DNA of 64,000 nt from Candidatus Aenigmatarchaeota archaeon (GTDB lineage Archaea; Aenigmatarchaeota; Aenigmatarchaeia; QMZS01), in the NCBI GenBank assembly GCA_016932615.1, contig JAFGCN010000018.1, positions 3,495-67,494 on the forward strand. The letters are read 5' to 3'. Below, one piece after another: positions 9,219 through 16,780 of the stretch (within the stretch, counting starts at the first letter, position 1; each line of letters begins with the position of its first letter). Position numbers and translations under genes: made by a program. The notes beneath the pieces were generated by a model, which was not told where the DNA came from, searched no databases, and worked only from the letters and a program-made list of their open reading frames with translations.

Positions 9219-10037
9219 CTAGAGATCATCGATAGGGCTTTTTATGCTTTTTATTGATGCCGAACTTACGTGAGTATAGATTTGGGTTGTCGAAATATTC
9301 TCATGGCCAAGAAGCTTTTGTATCAGCCTTATGTCAGTTCCCCCTTCAAGCAAGTGCGTAGCAAAAGAGTGCCTCAGTGTATGGCAAGTTGCCTTCTTCT
9401 TTATTCCGGCTTTCCTCGCGGAGTTCTCAAAGACTTTCTGTATCGTCTTTACCGGATATTTTCCGGACCTTCCCGAAAAAAGATAGGTTTCTGGCTTGTA
9501 GAGGCCAATATAATTAGCCAGGTCTTCCCTGAGAGTTTGGGGGAGCATCACATAGCGGTCTTTATTTCCCTTTGCTGAAACAATCTTAACCATGTCCCTG
9601 TCAAAATCTATGTCAAAAACCTTGAGGTTAGCCGCTTCAGAAACCCTTAAGCCCAGCCCGTAAAGGCACTTTAAAATGAGCTTATGCTTTGCGTTTTCAG
9701 TAGAGCTTATGATCTTTTTAACTTCCTCCTTTGACAAAACTGCTGGGAGGCGCTTCTCCCTTTTTGGCCTTGTTAACCCCAAGCAGGATTTTGTCTTCAG
9801 CACATCTCCAAGCCAGAAATTAAGAGCGCTTATCGCAAGGTTTGCAGTCAGGTTGGTATATTTTCTTTTCTCAATGAGGTAGGCCACATAAGATTTTACG
9901 TCCGCTCCATTAACCCCAGAAATATTTTTCCGTACGTATGCTGCAAAGTCCCTTGCAAAGAACAGGTATGCTTTCTTGGTCTTAGGGCTAAATCCCCTGG
10001 AATCAAGCTCGACAACAAGCCTCTCGAACTCATCCAT
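9219..10037 (-). CDS. tyrosine site-specific recombinase (XerA/XerC-like)
   Basis: 272 aa. Catalytic context is GLRVSE (Arg I), HTLRHSFATHLL (H-x-x-R), LLGHENISTTQIYTH (His/Tyr). There is no extra insertion of the kind found in integron integrases. Confidence 0.85.
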   Translation of the reverse strand: MDEFERLVVELDSRGFSPKTKKAYLFFARDFAAYVRKNISGVNGADVKSYVAYLIEKRKYTNLTANLAISALNFWLGDVLKTKSCLGLTRPKREKRLPAVLSKEEVKKIISSTENAKHKLILKCLYGLGLRVSEAANLKVFDIDFDRDMVKIVSAKGNKDRYVMLPQTLREDLANYIGLYKPETYLFSGRSGKYPVKTIQKVFENSARKAGIKKKATCHTLRHSFATHLLEGGTDIRLIQKLLGHENISTTQIYTHVSSASIKSIKSPIDDL

Positions 10038-10106
10038 AATTACAATGCTATTTCGTTAATACTCATAAAAGTTGAGGCAAAGGAGAATAAAGTTCGTTAA
10101 ACAGTT

Positions 10107-10171
10107 GTTATACGCAATTCGAAAACCCGCTCTTCTACGGAGCAAGCACAACGTAAGGGGGGGCGTTCTCC
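10107..10171. repeat. left arm of the imperfect inverted repeat flanking the R-M cassette
   Basis: The blocks gttatacgc..ttcgaaaacccgct..cggagcaag...gt..gggggggcgttctcc recur as the reverse complement, in the same order, at 12825-12958. Confidence 0.7.
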
Positions 10172-10174
10172 AAA

Positions 10175-11236
10175 CTAACACTTCAGTAGCTTTCTGAAAA
10201 TGTGCTTCAGGAATTCTTCTCTTTGGTCTTCATGCGTCAGAAGGGCAGTGAGGTTGTAAAAGTGTTTTATCGTTTTGTCTTTCTTGACTCTTTCCTCAAC
10301 TTCTGAGGTGATGCAGCTTGCCACAAAGATTGTAACGACTTCCCGATTTTGCCTTATTGCTTCTTCAAATGATTTCTTTGCGGCTCCATATCGTTCCAAA
10401 GCACCCGCAGGATCAGCACCGCCTTTTACCTCAATAACTGCTATAGTGGAACCATCTTTATCTATTATCGAAACATCAGGCTCACTTGAAAATATTACTG
10501 ATCTTTTGTTGCTAAGTGTAAATCCTTTGAACTCTCTAATCCTGTCTAGTTGAGACTTAGCCTTTTTCTTATCGAACTCCTCAATTCCTGAATGATTGTC
10601 CCTTAGCATGAATGCAGTGAGTTTGCATAAATCAATCGCTTCTTTGATTAGCAACTTCTGCACCACTTTTTCAGCTTCATCTCCTATCGCATTTCTCCAT
10701 GAGCCATCTATCTGAGCGCCAGTCGATGCAAACAAAAGACCTTTGATATGCTCAGTGCTAAAGTCTTCAAGGGCACTCTCAATTATCAAAGAGATGTGCT
10801 CATTAAACAGCTTAGATAGTTCCTTTGCCTGCACTTCAGAAAGGTTGTTTTTCTCTCCAAGCTCAAACCTCATTGTGTGAACTCCGCTTAGATAGCTTAC
10901 GGATTTTTGGGAAAGCGCAGCAACATTTCTGTAGTAAGCTATCAGAACGGGATGTTCTCTTAGGATTCTTGGATGAGAGAATACCTGTATCAAACTCAGA
11001 TTCGAATTCTTAATCTGCTCGAATGCTTCTTTTGTTATGCCCCAGGACTTATATTTCGTCCAGTCATAATCTTCAGACAAGGGAATCAGCTTTTGGATCG
11101 TTTCAGGAAACGTATAAGTGTTATACTCATGAAGTTTTCGGTAAAAGAAAGTAGACCTTAAGCGGTAATTGATTCTATGGGCCTCACTTAACAGCGCTTT
11201 TCTTTCTTCAGGGGACATACTCTTTTTCAGTGCCAT
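10175..11236 (-). CDS. type II restriction endonuclease (PD-(D/E)xK)
   Basis: 353 aa. EPDVSIIDKDGSTIAVIEVKGG fits a PD...(D/E)xK nuclease core. It lies 4 nt downstream of the methyltransferase gene. Confidence 0.6.
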   Translation of the reverse strand: MALKKSMSPEERKALLSEAHRINYRLRSTFFYRKLHEYNTYTFPETIQKLIPLSEDYDWTKYKSWGITKEAFEQIKNSNLSLIQVFSHPRILREHPVLIAYYRNVAALSQKSVSYLSGVHTMRFELGEKNNLSEVQAKELSKLFNEHISLIIESALEDFSTEHIKGLLFASTGAQIDGSWRNAIGDEAEKVVQKLLIKEAIDLCKLTAFMLRDNHSGIEEFDKKKAKSQLDRIREFKGFTLSNKRSVIFSSEPDVSIIDKDGSTIAVIEVKGGADPAGALERYGAAKKSFEEAIRQNREVVTIFVASCITSEVEERVKKDKTIKHFYNLTALLTHEDQREEFLKHIFRKLLKC

Positions 11237-11240
11237 AATA

Positions 11241-12782
11241 CTATTTCTCCCAATAATAGACGCATTTTCTCACCTCTTTTCTTCCATGCTTGCCCATCTG
11301 TTGGCTGCTGTTTCCTTTTCCGCTTGGAAGCTTATATATTTTTTTGATCTTTAAGCCAGACTTCGAGGCAAATTCCGACAAAATCAGATCGACAGGTATA
11401 ACTTCTCCGGCATATCTTACATTGTCATTTACATAGTAAATTCTACCTCCTTTTTTAAGAGTCCTTGCGAGTTCCATGATTACGAAGGCGTGTTCGTAGA
11501 AGTAATTTCTGACCATTCGGGATATACCGGGATTGTTCAGTTTCTTTTCAGTCTTGTATTGTTCAAGAATCGTCAAAACTTCTTGTAGTGCCTCATTAGA
11601 TTCAAATATCTTCTCCGCCTTCTTAAAATCCTCTTTTCTGCCCGCTTTCTCATATAGCGATCTTAAGTATTCTACCTTGTCCTTGTTTTCTACGGTTGCG
11701 GATAAGAGGGTCTGTCTTAGATTTCTTATGCCTTCTTCATCAATACCCAAATATGCTAATTCTAAGGCATAAGTTCGGGTATAATCATAGCGGTTACAAT
11801 AAGGGGGCGAAGAGACTACTAAGTCAATGGATTCGCCTTTTATTTTAGGGAGTATCTCTAGGCAAGATCCGGTCTTTAATTCAACTTCTGGACTTTTTCT
11901 ATTCCTTGAATCAAAGAGTTTCATGTTTCTCAAATCCCCAAGGATTTGATTTAACTGAGAAAAAAGCGCCTCTTCAAATCCATAAATCTTCCCCTTGTCA
12001 AAACTGCCCTTTCCTTTTTCTGCTCTGAGATCCCATCTTAGGCATTGGCCATCCTTTCGGGTATGACTTATTCGTTCAAGTATGCTAAAGCACGCGAAGC
12101 TAAAGACGTTCCTTAACTCTGGGTCTTCAGTGGTTGAGAGATAGTTTAGAAAACCATTGAGTTTTCTCTCAGTGATTTTTGGAAATGCCTTTTCAGTAAT
12201 TTTTATATGTTTGAAGGAAGTCTCCATCTTCTCAGGATACGTCTCGAAGTTCACGCTTTTTAGTTCTTTGATTTTTTCTGAGAGGTAATCGGGGTCCATT
12301 TTTTCTAGAGACAGTTTGGCTTTAAGTATGAAGTTGCCAAGGGGCATAAGCTCTATGCCGAGAGACGAAAATCCAACTTCCTTTGCACTCAGCAAAGTGG
12401 TGCATGATCCAGCAAATGGGTCAAAGACCAAGCCTTTTTTGTTCGGATAGTCTTGCATGAACAGCTTAACCATATCTGATGAGAAACCTTCCTTAAAGCT
12501 AAACCAGTTGTATATTGGGATTTTCTTATTTGCTTGGAAACTAACTAACTGACGATTTAGAAGCGAATAGGTTTCAATCAAGCCCTTGTATCTCTCTTCT
12601 AGTTTATCTCTTTCTGAATGTTCCGGCTCTTGAAGTTTAGAGTCGCCCATTGATATATCCTTAGCCATAAGTCCTTCTGTTTTTTGAGACAAAATATTAG
12701 AACTAGTGATCTGTGATTGTGTGCAAAGTTTATGTGCCTTCTCACAAGTAATCATATTTGGTTTAGCAGCAACCCTCACCAT
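11241..12782 (-). CDS. DNA methyltransferase (N4-C/N6-A class, SPPY catalytic motif)
   Basis: VFDPFAGSCTTLLSA is the SAM-binding motif I. About 200 aa downstream, VVSSPPYCNRYDY is catalytic motif IV. An alternative start (MAKDISMG) is at 12668. Confidence 0.8.
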   Translation of the reverse strand: MVRVAAKPNMITCEKAHKLCTQSQITSSNILSQKTEGLMAKDISMGDSKLQEPEHSERDKLEERYKGLIETYSLLNRQLVSFQANKKIPIYNWFSFKEGFSSDMVKLFMQDYPNKKGLVFDPFAGSCTTLLSAKEVGFSSLGIELMPLGNFILKAKLSLEKMDPDYLSEKIKELKSVNFETYPEKMETSFKHIKITEKAFPKITERKLNGFLNYLSTTEDPELRNVFSFACFSILERISHTRKDGQCLRWDLRAEKGKGSFDKGKIYGFEEALFSQLNQILGDLRNMKLFDSRNRKSPEVELKTGSCLEILPKIKGESIDLVVSSPPYCNRYDYTRTYALELAYLGIDEEGIRNLRQTLLSATVENKDKVEYLRSLYEKAGRKEDFKKAEKIFESNEALQEVLTILEQYKTEKKLNNPGISRMVRNYFYEHAFVIMELARTLKKGGRIYYVNDNVRYAGEVIPVDLILSEFASKSGLKIKKIYKLPSGKGNSSQQMGKHGRKEVRKCVYYWEK

Positions 12783-12824
12783 ATACTATCATATCAACTT
12801 ATACTTATATTGCAAAAACTTAAT

Positions 12825-12958
12825 GGAGAACGCCCCCCCACTACGACCATTGCTTCGCAAAGTTACGCCTTCCAGGCAAATATTACACAAGCGGGTTTTC
12901 GAACTTCTCAGCCTGCGGGCTTCGACCCTTCCGGCTAAATTGGCCTGGGGCGTATAAC
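12825..12958. repeat. right arm of the inverted repeat flanking the R-M cassette (expanded copy)
   Basis: ggagaacgccccccc...cgaccattgcttcg...agcgggttttcgaa...gcgtataac is the reverse complement of the blocks at 10107-10171, with two internal insertions of about 32 and 44 nt. Confidence 0.7.
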
Positions 12959-13055
12959 AGGAATTTAGCGGCTCCGCTTCGCTCCGACCCAAATTCCCTT
13001 GTCTAGCTATAACTTTGGTTATCGGTCTGGGAACTTCGCCAAATTCCATCAGGTA
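12904..13055. repeat. direct repeat copy A (downstream of the radical SAM gene)
   Basis: cttctcagcctgcgggcttcgacccttccggctaaat ... ggtctgggaacttcgccaaattccatcaggta. The same two blocks lie at 14003-14079. Copy A has about 80 extra nt between the blocks. Confidence 0.7.
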
Positions 13056-13078
13056 AACTCGATTGCAAATCTACGTAC

Positions 13079-13960
13079 TCAAGTCACTGGGTTGGCTAAA
13101 CGATTATTGCTCTCCAGCTCTGAGAATATTTTCTTGCAGACCGCACAATCTTTTGCTGTAAATAGGCTTTCATATTCACTAATGTCCGTTCCAGTAATTC
13201 GGGCGGCTCCCTTAGGACCTTTGGTGATTAAAGCATTAAGAACAGGATTTTGCCTCGATTTAATTATCAAGTCATCCACGGGATGGTATATCGCCGATCC
13301 TAGAGAAGCAGAGGGTTGTTCAAGCCCACATAAATAAACCTCCCCCCGCGGATTAACATTTATTTTCTCTAGCTTGGTTTGGGGTACTTCGCATCGATTA
13401 TACCCTCTTAGCTCGTGCGGTGGCAGATTTGCTGCTCTGCCCAAAGGGCATGGGTAATAGTTAAATCTATCACCAAAAGTCCACAGAATAGTCTTTCCCC
13501 CATAGATTTGCCCTACTTCTTCTTTCATATCCCTAAGGAATTGCGCAGAGAGAGGCGTAGCTTCCGGAGCATTTTTTCTGGCTGCTCTGACGTGAAACTT
13601 GTCAAAGCTAATCCCAATAACATACACATCATAGTAGTTCAATTTTTCAATCAAGTCATAGGCTCTACTTTCGTCTGTAAGCCAAAGCCCGTTTGTAAAA
13701 ACCCCTATTTCCTCCAGGTTTGGCATCATTTTCCGATTATCTTGGACATACTCTAAGCTACCAAATAATAGCTCTTCTGATTCGAAGGGCTCTCCTCCAG
13801 TCAGGATATATCTTTTCATGTTCTTGGGAAGGTTTGGCATTACTGCCAGAACAGTTTCAAGCTCTGGGACAAATCCGTCAGGAGTGCAACTGTAGACACA
13901 ATGATCACATACGAGACTGCATTTGTCAGTTATCCTGTGAAAGACATTCTCTCCTACCAT
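13079..13960 (-). CDS. radical SAM protein with a Cys-rich (SPASM/twitch-like) C-terminal region
   Basis: CSLVCDHC is CxxxCxxC near the N-terminus. LTGGEPF is the GGE SAM motif, followed by VFTNG. C-terminal cysteines are CPLG..., NRCEV, VNPRGEVYLCG and DCAVC. Confidence 0.75.
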   Translation of the reverse strand: MVGENVFHRITDKCSLVCDHCVYSCTPDGFVPELETVLAVMPNLPKNMKRYILTGGEPFESEELLFGSLEYVQDNRKMMPNLEEIGVFTNGLWLTDESRAYDLIEKLNYYDVYVIGISFDKFHVRAARKNAPEATPLSAQFLRDMKEEVGQIYGGKTILWTFGDRFNYYPCPLGRAANLPPHELRGYNRCEVPQTKLEKINVNPRGEVYLCGLEQPSASLGSAIYHPVDDLIIKSRQNPVLNALITKGPKGAARITGTDISEYESLFTAKDCAVCKKIFSELESNNRLANPVT

Positions 13961-14002
13961 AGAGTAATCACTATTTATTGAGTAAATAGTGTGCCCTCGT
14001 GG

Positions 14003-14079
14003 CTTCTCGGACTTCGTCCTTGACCCTTCCGGCTAAATCCGCTATAGACCCAGAAACTTCGCCATAGTTCCATCAGTTA
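14003..14079. repeat. direct repeat copy B (upstream of the radical SAM gene)
   Basis: cttctcggacttcgtccttgacccttccggctaaat..cgctatagacccagaaacttcgccatagttccatcagtta aligns with the two blocks of copy A. Confidence 0.7.
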
Positions 14080-14090
14080 TCTCTGAAAAA

Positions 14091-15446
14091 CTAGTTCCTC
14101 ATGCTTGTAACGGGTGCAGGAAAGCGCCCGCCCCGCTTCATGAAATCCCTTGCGGAATAGGGGTTTACCTTCATTATGGGCGCCTCGCCCAAAAGCCCAC
14201 CATAATTGACCGACTCGCCCGCTTCCTTTCTGGGAACCGGAATCACCCTCACGGCAGTTGTCTTGTTGTTGATAATCCCGATTGCAAGCTCGTCTGCGAT
14301 TATCGCGTTTATCGTTTCCTCAGGCGTGCTTCCGGGGATTGCAAACATATCAAGCCCCACAGAGCAGACTGCGGTAAGCGACTCAAGCTTGTCGAGCGTA
14401 AGCGCCCCTAGCTTTACCGCCTCTATCATCCCAAGGTCCTCGCTTACAGGTATGAAAGTGCCGCTAAGCCCACCTACATTTCCGCTCGCCATGGCGCCGC
14501 CCTTCTTGACAGCGTCCATCAAAAGCGCAAGTGCAAGAGTCGAGCCGTGAGTTCCTACCCGTTCGATGCCAAAGCGCTCGATTATCCTTGCAACGGAGTC
14601 GCCATTCGAGGTTGTCGAGGCAAGGGAAATGTCCACGACGCCAAAGGAAACCCCAAGGTTTCCTGCAAGCTCCCTCCCGACAAGCTCCCCACAGCGGGTA
14701 ATCTTGAATACTGTCCTCTTTATCACCTCAGAAAGCTGCGTAAGGTCGCACTCCCGGTTTTTTTCCACCACGCTTCTTATTACTCCAGGCCCGCTGATTC
14801 CGACGTTAAGCGCCATGTCCGCTTCGCCCACTCCGTGAAAAGCGCCTGCCATGAAGGGATTGTCTTCGGGGGCATTTACAAACACCACGAATTTTGCGCA
14901 CCCAACTGCGTCCTTGCTCAGCGCAGCGGTTTTCTTCAGCATCCCCCCCAGCAGGTTAACCGCATCCAGGTTCATGCCACTGGTGTTCGTCCCGACATTA
15001 AGAAAAGAGCACACTCTTTCAGTTTTAGAAAGCACATCGGGCAGGGACTCGACAAGCATCCGGTCAGAGGGGGTCATCCCCTTTTGCACCAGGGCGCCAA
15101 AGCCACCAATAAAGTCAATTCCAGCATCTTTTGCCGCCCTGTCCAGGGTTTCTGCCATCTGCAAAAACTTTTCTCTTTCGCAGTGGCCTTCCATTATCAG
15201 GCTGACCGGGGTTACGGAAACCCTCTTGTTTACGATAGGTATCCCATACTTGGACTCCAGTTTCCTTGCCTCCTCAACTAGCTTTTTAGCGTTAGGGCAG
15301 ACCTTGCCATACACTTTTTTCTTAAAATTCGCAAAGTCCGAATCGATGCAGTCCTTGAGATTTATGCCCAGAGTAACCGTGCGAATATCCAGGTTCTGGT
15401 GCAGTATCATGCTGTTAGTTTCATACACCTCCTCGACTGTTATCAT
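14091..15446 (-). CDS. UPF0210/DUF711-family protein
   Basis: 451 aa. The N-terminus is [26 protein letters not shown]. It pairs with an upstream small ACT-domain gene, the conserved UPF0237/UPF0210 arrangement. Confidence 0.7.
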   Translation of the reverse strand: MITVEEVYETNSMILHQNLDIRTVTLGINLKDCIDSDFANFKKKVYGKVCPNAKKLVEEARKLESKYGIPIVNKRVSVTPVSLIMEGHCEREKFLQMAETLDRAAKDAGIDFIGGFGALVQKGMTPSDRMLVESLPDVLSKTERVCSFLNVGTNTSGMNLDAVNLLGGMLKKTAALSKDAVGCAKFVVFVNAPEDNPFMAGAFHGVGEADMALNVGISGPGVIRSVVEKNRECDLTQLSEVIKRTVFKITRCGELVGRELAGNLGVSFGVVDISLASTTSNGDSVARIIERFGIERVGTHGSTLALALLMDAVKKGGAMASGNVGGLSGTFIPVSEDLGMIEAVKLGALTLDKLESLTAVCSVGLDMFAIPGSTPEETINAIIADELAIGIINNKTTAVRVIPVPRKEAGESVNYGGLLGEAPIMKVNPYSARDFMKRGGRFPAPVTSMRN

Positions 15447-15447
15447 A

Positions 15448-15726
15448 TTAAACCCTATGCATCATCTTGAAAATATTTTCATGCTGAAGCTGTACTTTTA
15501 GTCCCATCTGAAGGCCAATAGACTCCAAATCCGCCCGGAGCTTTTCCATGGGAACTTTGCAGTCCTTCACGTCCACAAGCATGGTCATGACAAAGTACCC
15601 CTCTACAACCTTCTGGCTTATGTCTTCGATATTGATGCCCTGCTCATACAGCAGGCCGGAAATCTTTGCGACAATCCCCTTTTTGTCCTCCCCAATTACA
15701 GTAATAAAAGACAACTCCTTGCCCAT
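15448..15726 (-). CDS. ACT-domain protein (UPF0237-like)
   Basis: 92 aa. [32 protein letters not shown] is an ACT fold signature. Its stop abuts the start of 14091-15446. Confidence 0.7.
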   Translation of the reverse strand: MGKELSFITVIGEDKKGIVAKISGLLYEQGINIEDISQKVVEGYFVMTMLVDVKDCKVPMEKLRADLESIGLQMGLKVQLQHENIFKMMHRV

Positions 15727-15757
15727 AATTAAGATAGTATATATACGGAGTCTAGTT

Positions 15758-16066
15758 ATGAAACCATTACTCCTTGCGCTGCTTTTGATGCTGCCTGTAG
15801 TAATCGGGGGCTATATAATTTACAGCGAAACCGCAGAATGCAACCTTATCACCCGAGAAGGATGTGAAAACCTGCCTCCTGCCTGCGACGATGGAGATAT
15901 TTTTTCGGAAAAAGATTGCACCTGTGTTCCCGACCCTTCCGGATGCAGCGGGCTTGATGAAGAATCCTGCGGCAAAAATCCCGACTGTTTCTCGTTTCAG
16001 AGAGGCGGCACATGCGCCTGCCCTTCGTGCGAAATTTACCTGAGTCACCAGTGCCTGCCAAAATAG
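15758..16066 (+). CDS. small Cys-rich secreted protein
   Basis: An internal ATG of track ORF 15548 gives MKPLLLALLLMLPVVIGG (signal/TM). Twelve cysteines follow (CNL..GCENLPPACDDG..CTCVPDPSGCSG..CGKNPDC..CACPSC). Confidence 0.5.
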   Translation: MKPLLLALLLMLPVVIGGYIIYSETAECNLITREGCENLPPACDDGDIFSEKDCTCVPDPSGCSGLDEESCGKNPDCFSFQRGGTCACPSCEIYLSHQCLPK

Positions 16067-16107
16067 CACCCCCCGAGATTGCTTTTGAGTTAACCCCTAA
16101 TATAATT

Positions 16108-16758
16108 ATGGCGCACCTCATCCCCGACAAAGAGCTTGCAAAAGTCCCTTTAAGGGACAATGGCGAAAAAATGGTTTCTGTCAAAGATGCCTGCCCCAAA
16201 ATCGCAATACGGCTTGGTCATTACATCAGAAAGGAAGGCAGGAAATTCTGCGAGGATGCGTGCCTGGTGAGAGAAAGTGTGGCGGAAAAGCTAAACCTTG
16301 CGCAGTCCCTCTTGCCAAACGGCCATCGCCTGCTTCTTCGCTGCGGATACCGTCCGCTTTCCATACAGATAAAAAGGTACAATTGGATGGAAAATAAACT
16401 AAAAAAGAAGCACCCTGACTGGAGCAAGGAAAAGCTAAAAGTGGAAACGGGCAAGTGTGTTGCGCCCCTCGACATAGTTCCTCCGCACTCGACTGGCGGG
16501 GCAGTTGACGTATCCATAATCGGGCCTGACGGGCGCCGGCTTGACATGGGGTCTCAACTGGGAAGGTTTACAGAAAAAACATACACCTGCTCAAAAAAGA
16601 TTTCCACCGAAGGGATAAAAAACCGGAAGATCCTTATAAGGGTAATGAAAAAGGCGGGCTTTGTCAATTACCCTACAGAATACTGGCACTGGTCCTACGG
16701 CGACCAGTACTGGGCAGCCATTCTGAAGAAGAAACACTCCATTTACAAAGGATTATAG
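16108..16758 (+). CDS. VanX/DdpX-like D-Ala-D-Ala dipeptidase (M15 family)
   Basis: CGYRPLSIQ, PPHSTGGAVDVSI and YPTEYWHWSYGD match the VanX-type motifs (Y.S...Q, HSTGGAVD, E.WH). The ATG at 16108 is chosen to avoid overlap with 15758-16066. Confidence 0.65.
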   Translation: MAHLIPDKELAKVPLRDNGEKMVSVKDACPKIAIRLGHYIRKEGRKFCEDACLVRESVAEKLNLAQSLLPNGHRLLLRCGYRPLSIQIKRYNWMENKLKKKHPDWSKEKLKVETGKCVAPLDIVPPHSTGGAVDVSIIGPDGRRLDMGSQLGRFTEKTYTCSKKISTEGIKNRKILIRVMKKAGFVNYPTEYWHWSYGDQYWAAILKKKHSIYKGL

Positions 16759-16780
16759 ATATAGAGACAAATATAGAATT

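Noticed and set aside
13079-13960. Calling the radical SAM protein a prokaryotic viperin because of its size and defence-island context.
   Set aside because: Only the generic CxxxCxxC and GGE motifs are visible. The Cys-rich C-terminus looks more SPASM/twitch-like. Without a profile search the viperin assignment would be a guess.
13975-14073. A 32-aa minus-strand sORF (MELWRSFWVYSGFSRKGQGRSPRSHEGTLFTQ) directly upstream of the radical SAM gene, as a possible RiPP precursor.
   Set aside because: It lies entirely within direct-repeat copy B. The homologous copy A differs by indels that put the same nucleotides in another frame (MEFGEVPRPITKV..., the spurious 86-aa ORF 12789-13049). Conservation is therefore at the DNA or RNA level, not the peptide level.
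9219-14090. Archaeal integron: integrase plus an attC-bounded cassette array.
   Set aside because: At 272 aa the recombinase is XerA/XerC-sized, with no sign of the extra IntI-specific insertion. The cassette genes are transcribed toward the recombinase rather than away from an attI/Pc region. The repeats do not show a clear R''-L''/L'-R' attC hairpin with GTTRRRY cores. A lone GTTAAAC at 10096 is not enough. It is kept only as a cassette-like island in the findings.
14206-15501. Long + strand ORFs (114, 244, 90 and 216 aa) antisense to the UPF0210 gene. Similar cases are 31000-31854 antisense to the M29 aminopeptidase, 49929-50621 antisense to the DUF362 gene, 7594-8097 antisense to uvrB, and 41510-42004 antisense to endA.
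   Set aside because: The opposite strand encodes proteins with clear family motifs. The antisense translations are Ser/Pro/Arg/Leu-rich, as is typical of shadow ORFs.
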